Part shown: positions 39,529-50,735 of the stretch, piece by piece
Position numbering within the stretch: the first letter of the stretch is position 1
Layout: each line of letters begins with the position of its first letter
Source of the DNA: Dimorphilus gyrociliatus
Taxonomy: Eukaryota; Animalia; Annelida
Assembly (NCBI GenBank): GCA_904063045.1
Contig: CAJFCJ010000026.1
Location: 62,001 to 126,000 of the forward strand
Direction: 5' to 3'
DNA length: 64,000 nucleotides
Translations under genes and position numbers: made by a program
Notes under the pieces: model-generated
Told to the model about the DNA's origin: nothing
The model's database searches: none
Seen by the model: the letters and a program-made list of their open reading frames with translations, nothing else

Positions 39529-40403
39529 TCACTTACGACCGGGACCACTCAAATCATTTGCATGCTTTAGAGCTAAAACATTGTATATAAACATTCGATT
39601 AGTTATCGACCATTCATCGACTGATCGCACGTATTTACTGATGTTTATTTACCCATAAGCTTAGAACCAATACTGGCCGCTAGGTCAAACCTATTTCCAT
39701 AACCCATGTCCAAGCGTCTTTTTGTCCTAAAGAAAGAAAAAACAACTGTTTAACTCAAAGTTGAACTACAAACACTTTTTTTTTAGGTGAACTAATGAGA
39801 AAAAAAAAGAAGAGACAACTTACATTGCTCTGTTAAGGTAAATCTTTCTTAAAGCATCAACAACATCGTTGTAGTCGTTCGCGTTTCGGTCGAAAGCTCT
39901 GTTTTTTTGTTTATCCAAGATTAATATTTTTAAAAGATTATCAAAGAAGAAAAGCACCAAAAAAAAAAGAAACAAACAATTATTTTTCTATTTAATTTTT
40001 GTGAACAAACATTGTTTTTTTTATAAAATATTTTTTACATTTAAAAAATAAATGACAAAAACAAAATTAAACGAAAAGACTTTTCCCTACAGTTTTTACT
40101 TTAACCCTTCCCCCATTAAGAACTTTCCTGCTAATAGTTCGATTCTTAATTATTCATCTTTCAAAGATGCTTAAAACTAACGGAACTACTATCTGAATAA
40201 AAACAAATTTAGTATATAATTCATTAAGCTATTGCTTTTGGGGACTATAATAGCTTTAAAAATAGTTAATGTTAAAATTTAATGTTAACTTTATAACTTT
40301 TTTGTATCTATCTATATGTATATATATAAATATTAACATACCTGGTTTCAATGACAATAGTAAAAAGTACAGCACAAGCTGCAAGAAGCCAAAGTGCTTT
40401 CAT
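39529..40403 (-). CDS. DH31: DH31/calcitonin-family neuropeptide precursor, 84 aa (exons 40403-40342, 39898-39824, 39726-39653, 39572-39529); missed by ORF track
   Basis: Signal peptide MKALWLLAACAVLFTIVIET; KR cleavage site then RLDMGYGNRFDLAASIGSKLMALKHANDLSGP-GRK-stop (amidated Pro). Exon lengths 62+75+74+44 = 255 nt keep frame with GT-AG ends. Confidence 0.92.
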
Positions 40404-41131
40404 AGATAATTTTCTGTTCATAATCGTCGTTAACCTGCTAACTCTGGAGGTCGAATGACTAGTGGCCGACAAGAAAGCGCGACCTCTATAACAAACTTCA
40501 TATAGCGTATATGAAATAAAAGGAAAAAATTTGTTAAGACTCTATAAAAACAGGACTGTGTATAAAAATGGTTGAGCATTAAATATATATATAATAAGAA
40601 CGTCATAAACAGGGAAGATATACTTCTTACAAAAAAAAGATCTGCTTAAAGGGGATGTACTGTCAATTATGTGATACTAGTTTCTCTCTCTTCCTATTTA
40701 ATCTTTAGGAAATAGCTAAAGTTTGTTCACGACTTGTAATTGACATTGCTATTTATATATGCACGTCATCATAATTGATTATCCCATATTGAAATTTCTC
40801 TAACGCCTAATATTCAATGAACACTAATGAACTTATTAATTGAATGAGTCAGAGTACCAATTATCATTCTCTTGTTGAAACAGATATTGTCACAGGTGCA
40901 TCGGCTTAAAATCTACCAAGTTACTCCTTGGGGAAAATCTCTTAGCTTGTCAATATCAAACGGAATTTTCTTTTTTTAAAGCAATTTGTTATTTATTTAT
41001 CTATTTTATTCGATCATATACTGTATATATATATATATATACAGACAGCATTACAAATATAAGTCAGATGTCGCCAAGGCGATTTTGTTTGATAAATATT
41101 TTGGGAACCACTGTTGTTGACAGGCTAATTA

Positions 41132-42914
41132 TTATATCGTCTCTCCTCTTTTATCATTGGCCATGGTCGTTCCTCCTCTCTCCTTTTTCATCCACTCCCT
41201 AATTCGAGCTCGTAGAACATTATCCGGCTTGAATCCGTACTCTTCTGTACTTTCGCCGGCTTTCTTTAAACAATTTACGAGATATTTCTTATCGTATGTA
41301 AGACCGTCAGCTCCAACTACTGGCTTCTTCATCAAACGGCCACTTATAGGGCAAATAAATTCTTTGGGTATACCCACTTCCATATTGAAATTACGTTTAA
41401 ATTCATGATCCGATAGAGAGCGAGTAATTTGTTTGGATTCTTTTGCGGTAAAGGAAACTTGTCTATCGTTTCTTGACAAATCATTACACTCGGATTCGGG
41501 GGAAACAAATGCACTATCATTAATGTTAGCTGGAGGTGCTGCAATTGCATAAATTCTGGGTTTTGAATTTGGTGGGGGTAACGCTCTGGCAACTCTATCT
41601 CTCACCATTCGGTCTAATTCTATGGCCATCTCTGGGAATAAACATCAATCATATAATAATTTGTGTTCCTTTTAAGAATTATCTACCGTAATAGATAGCC
41701 TGTCGAAAATCGCCGTCCAAGCGCTCTGGTTCCGCCACATAATTTTCCTCTTTAATGATAATGTCTTTATCGATGGCTAAGTTCAAGGGTTTCTAACAAA
41801 TAAACACTTCAATCTTACACCTTCGAAAGAGATAAATTATCCCAAACCTCCGTCAAAATAGGTGGAACTACCGTTTGACCTAATTTCTTATTCCTGGTAA
41901 ACCTCGACAAAGACGTTGGAAACGTGCTATAAATCCTAAAATAAAAATTTTACGAAAATTAAAAGAGAGAGGTAGTTTAATCCACTAGATGGCATTTTGT
42001 TATTCATACCGTCTTCCTTTTGTTTGTCTTCGTTTACAGATTACCAAACATGTTATTATTAATATTAAAGCTATTAGACAAACTAAGAAGATGACAACAT
42101 CAACTATAGGTGATGTTTCAGTTTTTACTTCATCCTTAACGACAGTTACCGAATTAGCTAGCAATTTGCTTTCTTTCATTGCATCTGCTGTAAATTTATT
42201 GTAATTATCATTATTTTTTGTCAATAAAGAGTACAAAGTATACTTATTCTTGTTATTCGATATACTAAATATGTTTTATATAAATATATATATCTATAAA
42301 AGGCTTTAACGCACGTTGAACTGATAATAAATGTTCCTTCGTAGATCGATCACTAAATTCAATAGTGCGGCATCTATCCGAAATATTTTTGATGCTCCAT
42401 CTGTGATCTTCACACGTTTCTAAACATCTCTCATCGCCTACATGAAAATAAACGAGATGAAGATTATAATAACGATGAGATTAACCCAAAAAATTATATC
42501 CTAAAGGTAAATGAATAAAAAAAAAGTACAAAAATTATTAACCACTGCACACTCCTGAAAATTGGACGGCAAGAGTATTGAACGGTAATAAAGGGGTTGA
42601 GTGTATGATCTTATCAATATTCAGACAACGGGAGAGCACCAAAATGTCTTCACTTTTCCATTCTGGAGAACATACGAACAGCCATTGATTAATAAAGATC
42701 TGAAGGCGTCCACTAGATGTTCTTAGCGTTGCCGATTCACCTGAGTTATACATCGACTTTTCTGTAAAAATTTTTAAATTCTCTTTTTCTTATTATTCAA
42801 TAAGAATTTTAATAAAAAAAATCAACTTAAGCTTAATAATAAACCTTTTTGCGAATGTACAAATGTTATTAATAAATAATGAGTGTGTAGTAAGAATATA
42901 TCAAGCGCCCTCAT
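41132..42914 (-). CDS. Type I membrane protein of about 445 aa: signal peptide, SRCR-like ectodomain, TM, cytoplasmic U-box (7 exons)
   Basis: Exons 42914-42845, 42761-42543, 42437-42311, 42264-42010, 41935-41872, ~41792-41687 and ~41631-41132 join in frame. Ectodomain GRLQIFINQWLFVCSPEWKSED..CSGDERCLETC; TM IVDVVIFLVCLIALILIITCLVIC followed by KRR; U-box-like IPKEFICPISGRLMKKPVVGADGLTYDK..KPDNVLRARIREW. Confidence 0.8.
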
Positions 42915-43327
42915 CTGAAATGAAAAAAAAAATAGATGTTACAGCCTAATCACACCTACCGGGTATACAAACCATTAGTTATCGACTAATAATATCAATT
43001 AAAGCGATAAATAAATGAGAATTTGCTAATTTTATTTCGAAGGAATGACTGAAAGAATTTTTTTTTCACGATACCACTACTAGAAGGCGCAGTTTCGCAC
43101 CTGGAAAAAAATGAAAAAAACGTCGTTCGTAGTCGTACATAGGCCTAGCACGCACGTCGAGCGTTTTTCATTGATTATCATCTTTCTCTTTTAAGAGGAA
43201 ATTTTCGATTTTTCAGAAGAAACTACAGTTCTTTTCTTTTTGTGAAACACAGTTTTTGTTTTATTGTTATTATTTTTTATCTTTTATTATTTTTGAATTT
43301 TTTGAATTTCAATAATTCTTGGAAAAA

Positions 43328-44078
43328 TTATCCAGCTTTTTTTAACATATGTTTAAATTGCCGGAGAAATTTGTCCATAGTATAATTCTCTTTCATTCCG
43401 ATATCCAATCCAAGTGCTTCGGCTATTTCTTTAACATACTGATCGTTCTTTGGAATTTTTGGAGATGAACTTCCTCCATTCCTTGGACGATCCAACGTAC
43501 TTCCTACGAAATCGTAGTTATCAAAACCGAGTATACCTATATAGAATAATTAGGAATAAAAAAGCAAGTTGATAAAAAAGATAAGGAAAAAAGTTTTTTA
43601 AAATTTAGTCATTATACGGATCCACTCAGTTACGGCGGCTGCTCTTTAGACTGACAACCGTCTTAACTTGATACAATGTATCGCTATCTACGCTAACACT
43701 TTTAGAAGACACATTTGAAATATCTAAATAGAGATATTTTTATATTAAGTCATATTTGTTTAATAAAAAAGTATAAAATGTAACTTATTAAAAAGTTTAA
43801 TAGCTTTACTATTTGTAATAAAATATAAATACCTTGTTTATGATTTTTCATATATTTTTATATCTATTTTAAATAGAGACGCTTAAAAGAAAAATAATTC
43901 TCTACAACTCACTTGGTCTTTTCATTTTCCTATTATAATTTCTGTTTAAAAAATGAAGAGCGATTTTATCATTAGGAACAACAACTGTAAGATCCAAGTT
44001 CGAAAATTCCGGCCTCGGTGCTCCCATTAATACATTCGAAATGTACGCCAGGAACATAAAATAAGCAAATTTGTACAT
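43328..44078 (-). CDS. Small secreted protein of about 160 aa, possible prohormone (3 exons; middle exon boundaries uncertain)
   Basis: Signal peptide MYKFAYFMFLAYISNVLMG; strong donor A|GTGAGT near 43910; terminal exon ILGFDNYDFVGSTLDRPR...KHMLKKAG-TAA ending at 43328; phase-compatible middle exon at about 43633-43723. Confidence 0.55.
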
Positions 44079-44552
44079 TCCCTTAAATTCAGCCAGCGCG
44101 AAGCTTGCGCTAGACTCTTTTACATCGTACTTTTTATATTTAGGCGCCTTAACTTGATGCAAATGATACTCGAGGCGCAAACGACAAGCGCTCTCTGGCG
44201 TTAAATTCTACCTTTTTCTTCACACTTCGATCTCTCGAAAAAACGATTAACATTGTCAACAAAATAACTAATAGCAAAAATATTCTTTACATAAAATTTC
44301 ATATTCTCAGGCTAAAATCGATTACAACACAGGTCGATGGAAAATTTTTATTTGTCTTTTTATGGACGATGTCAAAGAAATAGATAAAGAGAAAAAGAAG
44401 CCAAAAGAGCTAGTAGGAGAAAATTGTTTACGTTGTAGAAAATTAATACATATGGACATACTAAAATCAGTCTAACAATAATAAAAACTATATAATGTAG
44501 TTGAGTTCCTAAGGGAGACTAGAATGAAAGAATGTCTAATTAAGTGTGTATA

Positions 44553-45626
44553 TTACAAATGCAAAATACAAGTACGAATATTTGCAAGAGTTTTCTGCCA
44601 AGCTTCTGTTTCAAACGCTTGACATAGGATAGTCAAGAACTTTTCTTGGGCTTCGTAACGCTCTTTCAAGCCAAATTTAACAACATACTGTACTTTTCGC
44701 AGACAGACTGGACATAGTAACTGAGGTTGAGAGCAGGCTTCTTCTATAGAGCTGCTCTCATTCATCAGGCATGCGTAGTATTTGCAGTGTAACAAACCAA
44801 AAGTATGACAAGTTTCATGTAAGACTACTTTTATAATCTTCCACATTAATTCAGCATCTATTTTGGTTATATCGCTCCAACTATCAAGCCTTGGTTCAAA
44901 TCGACCAAAACAAAAGACAGCTGATCTAGTTGCTAAACTTCCCTGACCCAGTAGAAAATTTAAGTTCTCTGAAGGATATAAATCGATCCAAGAAGCACCT
45001 ATTATGGTTGCACCATCCGAAGGTAATAAGCTGCCCAAGTGAGATAGGACAGGACCAACTAATATTTGTTCCTTTTCAGTTTTCTGATGAACTCTTGTTT
45101 TATAATCACCATATGGTCGTTGAGGGAGTATTTGAACGTCGAATCCGTAAAAAAATACCGATAAATATTTCTGAAGAACTTGAAAAAATCCTTTAATATT
45201 TTCAAATGAAAAATTATGAATAAAGTCCGGAAATTCTCCAAGAGGTTGTAAATAGATTACTCGTCGTCGTTTATAATTTACTCTATGTAACTGAATTGGG
45301 GATCTCCACATTCCAAATGTCTGTAATTGCCAGTTTTTCAAATCGGTGATTGGAAGCGGATGAAAGACAGTCGTTAACGAGTGCAATGAATTTAATGCGT
45401 CGTTAGTTATTCGAAAAGTTCTATCGCTATCCTCCTCTTTAAATGAGTCTGTGGTCAAGGTAAAGTTTAAAATATGAAATTAAAGTAGTCTAAAAATTTC
45501 ACCGAAATCTGTATGAAATTTCAAAACAAAGTAAAATCTTCTCTCATTTTCATCTAATTTATTCAAATTTCCTAGAACATGCTTAAGGCTTTTTCGATTA
45601 GGTATACACCAACTTATACATAGCAT
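44553..45626 (-). CDS. AMZ2: Archaemetzincin zinc metalloprotease (2 exons)
   Basis: HETCHTFGLLHC (HExxHxxGxxH) followed by CLMNESSSIEEA..LCPVCLRK; IYLQPLG and DLYP..NFLLGQ. First exon MLCISWCIPNRK.. splices in frame. AMZ1 versus AMZ2 orthology not tested. Confidence 0.9.
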
Positions 45627-46128
45627 TATTCATTGAAAAATCAAGATAAATTGACATAAAAATAACAGAAAACAATCGTTTCGAACGATATCTACGTAAA
45701 ACACACACCAACTACCGGTTATACTCAACTGAAGTCAAAAAATATTCTATTTACCTTTTTATCGCTCTATTGAGCTTTAAATGTGAGCATTGAGCATGAT
45801 TAAGACTTTGAATGTTATCCAGTAAAAGGAGAAGAGACAGAATGATTTTTTTCGTTTTCTTAATCTTTGTGCCAATTATTGAAGAGGTTATACACTCATT
45901 AATTAGAACCAATTATTCGCGCCAGTTATCGATATTGATTAATATTTACTTGTGTGGATATTTGTAAGCTGCATTACGCGAGGAGAACACAATAGTATTA
46001 GGATTAGGGCACTGCATATAATAACACAATACACTCAAATCAATATTTCGGCGTCGGCAAGAAGCTCCTACCTTCAACTCGTCCCCATATTTAATTAAAT
46101 GTATCGAGATGAACTTTACTGAATCAAT

Positions 46129-49100
46129 ATGGCACATATAAAAACTTACTGCAGAATTAAACCTTCATCAACTGCCTATCAAGATTTAAAAGTTATAGAT
46201 AATAACATAGTTATTCGGCTGTCGGATATTAGCCCAGATTTGACAAAAGTCAGATCGAAATCCGCAGTAAATTATCAGTTCTTATTCGGTCACGTCTTCT
46301 TTCCAACATCAAGCCAGACGGAGATATTTGAAACAGTAGCTTCTAATATCATTCAAGGTTATTATTGAAAATTTTTCCTAAAACATCATTCTTCTAATTA
46401 AAAGAATAATGACTTCTTTTCAAAATCTCAGGCTTTCTCGAGGGATACAATGGAACTATATTCGCTTATGGACAAACAGGATCAGGTAAAACCTATACAG
46501 TTGAAGGAGGGGGCAGGAAATTCGCAGAAAGAGGTCTTGCACCCAGAGCCCTGTCGAATATCTATAAAGCCTTAGAACCAAGACAAAATAGAGAAGATAT
46601 TTCTATTCACGTATCATATATGGAAATTTATCAAGAAGTCGGCTATGATTTGCTTATTCCAACGGACAAAAATTCTATAGTAACGTCTTTTCCAAAAGTC
46701 ACCGTTGTTGAGGGACCAAACGGAACTTGCATCATTCGCAATCTTTCGTGTCATTTAGCGGCAACTGAAGACATTGCTCAAAGCCTACTTTTACAAGTAT
46801 TTTCTTTTTAGTCATTAATCTCGATTCATCGCGTTTTATCATTGTAAAGGGTCAAGCTAATAGGAAAATTGCCGAAACTCCTATGAACTTAAGGTCTTCA
46901 AGGTCACACGCAGTTTTTACTATACAACTGACGTCGAAGAAACACGATTCTGATGTGATAGTCAAGTTTGTTTTAGTTTTTTTCGTTCTCTTTCTTATCA
47001 TAATTAAACGTCTATTTCTCTCGGTGGCAGATCGAAGCTCCATCTCGTCGATCTAGCTGGCTCTGAAAGAGTAGCAAAAACCGGTATTGAGGGACAACAA
47101 TTGAATGAGGCGAAGTTTATTAATTTATCACTTCATCACTTGGAACAAGTCATTAGTTCATTACAACAAGAGGCACAGTCCGACACGAAGAGGTCTCGTG
47201 CTACTGAGTATCGACTTTACAACCGGTATAGTTGCTTTTAGAATGAAAAGGACAACTAGTTTTATTTAAATAATTCGTTTTTCCTTTTTGTTTTTCCTTT
47301 TCTTTATTTCTTTTTTTGTCTTAATTTCGCTTTTGAAAAGGAATGAAATAGTTTCCTTCCATACGTTAAGGCGATTGCTCAGAAACGACGCGTAAAATTT
47401 AACCCATCTAATAAGTAAACGCTCCACTAGACATGATGCAAAATGCTTTGTTTCGCTAGATGCTAAAAAAGAGGCTATGATCTGTTAAAAGGTCGTTTGT
47501 TTTTTTTTTTTACGCAGATGGGTGACTTCTTTGAGGCCATCTAGTGCTGACAGCGTCCGAACAAACGTTTCTACTCATCACATTCCATATCGTAATTCAT
47601 TACTAACTATGGTACTAAGAGACAGTTTAGGTGCAGAAAATAGTTTCTTTAATCTTCTTCCATGGATCGATCTAAAAATAAACTTTGAATCGTATTTACT
47701 CCAGGCGGAAACTGTCAAACAGCCATGATAGCGACAATTAGCCAGGAGGAAGAGAATATGAACGAAACAATATCAACGTGCCGTTTCGCTCAAAGGGTTG
47801 CGTGTATCACTAATATTTTGCGGTAAGCAACAAAAACGATAATATAAATTTATTAACTTTATAAGTATGCATTTAATTTTTTTCTTTAAAAAAAAATATT
47901 TTTACTTAAAAAAAAAGAAAAAATGAAGAAATAGACGATAAATCCATGATAAATCGATTGAGAAAAGAGAATTCGGGACTACGCGCAGAGATAAATATAC
48001 TACGATCTAAGCAGGTATGCTGTGTGTATGTATATAAAAAATATACCTTTTAAATGACGCGTGAGCGGATTGTTTTCGCATGAATTAACCAGGCAGAGAC
48101 ACATAGTCTTGCTTCAATTGGATTAGTGTTGTAATGAACGAGCTGTTTTAATCGCTTTTATTAGGAACATTTCTGCCAACTTTTTCGTTCGTGTTTGAAA
48201 TCACCGGTTAACTACTTACGTTGAGAGATAACATCTTATTTATCTCTTAATTATATCTGTTAATCGGATTTTTTATTAGGCCATGGACGGTAAAGATCTA
48301 ACCGGAGATTTAAGTGAGGAAGATAAAAAATCCGTAGCAAAAATTATTCAGGCCTACATTGCTGGTAGGATAAAAGATCCTGTTCTTGCTGGTTAGTTAC
48401 ATTTCACTTAGGAAAGACGACATAATTAATGTTATACTCTCATTTCAGGTATATCGTCTGCCCAACAATTTAGAGAAAGTCTACGAATTTTAAAGGCTAT
48501 GATTATGCGCCATTACGCCTCAACCGCACCTTCCGCCGTGTCACCCGTATCTGACAGTAGAAATGTACAAGCTCCCGTTACACTTGTACAATCAACTCGG
48601 TAATTCAAACCTAAAGGAGCTCGAGGAAAATGGTTAATTAATTGCGTTTATTTTCCCGTCTTATTAGCGTAACATCTCCATCTTACACTGTTAAACGGGT
48701 CACTCCAAACGAAAATATTTCTAAGGAAAAAGGTGTTCTCAGGAACGCAGCTGTGCAAAAAATTATTCAAAATGCATTACATAATATAAAGAAGAATCAG
48801 CAGAAGGAAAATGAAGGTAATATATTAGGATATTTTTTTATCGGTTTATAGAATAAGCCACTATTTTCACTTCTTTGTACAATTTTTTTTCTCCACTCCC
48901 CTCGTTCCCGTTTTTTTTATTTAGAAAAGAAAGCATTATATAAATCGCCTTTCGAGCAGCAAAGAGAAAAAGAAATTTTAAAGTTATCCGATAAGGTCGA
49001 AAGTAAAATTGTTAAAGTTCAAAGCCAAGAAAAAGAATTAAAAGAGCAGGCCCTTAATCATAAAAAGAATGATTTAATACGAATCAATAATGATTTAAAG

Positions 49101-50735
49101 TCAGTTTTTTTTTTAAGTTTTTTTAATTAGTTCAATTGATTTTTCTTTTATCTGAATCTTTCCGCGCCCTTATTGTCTTTTTACATATTTTAGGCAGGTA
49201 CATGGCAAAATTACCGCTCAAATTAGTGAACAAGAAAAGAATTTGTCCAACACTGACCCTAAGGGTTTGCAATCTGAGAAACTAGCTGAAAGTCACCTTA
49301 GAAAAAAATTAGTAAGTGAGATATTTTACTGATTAATCCTTTTAACTAAAATCGGTTTTAAAATTTAGGCTAAAGTCGAGAAACGTATGAGTTTAGTAGA
49401 AGAGCATTTGAAGAAAATATCATCTCAAGAAACAAAAATAAAGCAGACTAAAGTTCGTGATCGCTCCTCACCCGATGATAATTTACAGGCTAAATACCCT
49501 GAATATATACGTAAAGATGGTAAATTAAACACAAGGGAATTACTGGATTCCCTAAAAAGACAAGATAGGCGTCAAGAAAAGGTCATGGCAGTTCAACAAG
49601 ATCAATTGCAGAAGCAAAAGACACTATCCAAAGCCCAAGAGCTTCAACTTAAGGAGGAGGCCACTCGTCTAAAATTAAACGAATTAAGAGAAAAATTAAA
49701 ATCGGCTAAAGTATCCGCAACTCCGGCTGTTGTGACAGATACAAATGATAATATAGAGATGAAATCTAGTACAACAGCTACTGCGGCTACTATTACTACG
49801 GTTACCACAATCACCTCGACTGCCAATTCACCTGTAGTACTCCCAAGGTAATTTATAAATCTATACTAATGGTCTCTTAGAATTAATAATTTAATTTTTA
49901 TATTGTCACTCTCCTGCCCTCCAGGCAAGCTTTTGTAGAACCAAAACGTATCAACTCAAAGAATTCATCGGAAAATTATGAAGATACCAAAGAAACATCT
50001 AAATTACATAATCGAGCTAATGTTGTGCAAGATAAACTAATTCTTCTTAAAGAACGCCTAAATAGCATTAAAAAAGCATCTAATTCTACGGAAGGACAAA
50101 AGAGTAATGAAATTCCAAGCCGACCAGGCTCTTCAAAGAGTGTCGAAGAGATGATGAAAGAGGCACAAGTAATGAAAGGGCGAAAAGACCCTTCGAAATT
50201 ATGGAGCGGTGGCTATACGACCCCTTCGACGCCGCCCTCCGAGCAGTCGAGTACGACGACTTTAGAGAGACCTCTTTCTAGACCTAATTCAAGCAACAGT
50301 GAGCGATTGAAAGAGTTTATAAGAAGTGGAAGCGCAGGCAAATCTCATTTGGCTAGGATAGCAAGAGTTCGAGCTGAAAAGGATGAAAATGAAGTAAACG
50401 AACCGATAGCGGAAAGACCTACATTATCGACTTTGCTGGCCGCCTCCAATTCTGAATCGATTACGGTTTCTCACGATTATTACGACTCGTTCGCCAGAAA
50501 TTCCCGTTCCGGTACACCAACAAGCAATCAGGTGCCGTCGAAAAAATCCTACCCATGGACGAGAAAGGAGAAGACAGAAAATGACTCTTCGAATGTCTGG
50601 GGACCGGAAGCAAAGGTCTATATAGACTTGTTGTATGTCAGGGTAATGAATTTCTAATTGACAATTTTCTATTTGCAGACGCGTTCAGTTAGTGATAGTA
50701 TTTACGGATTTTTGGAAAAATCAAAAGAAAAATAG
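46129..50735 (+). CDS. Kinesin-9 family motor (KIF6/KIF9-like), multi-exon
   Basis: P-loop [17 protein letters not shown]; switch [12 protein letters not shown]; switch [16 protein letters not shown]; [23 protein letters not shown]; coiled-coil and Ser-rich tail; last exon ends TAG at 50735. Confidence 0.92.

Noticed and set aside
30031-40403. Functional link between BLTP2 (hobbit affects secretion in Drosophila) and the adjacent DH31 gene
   Set aside because: Adjacency alone is not evidence in such a compact genome.
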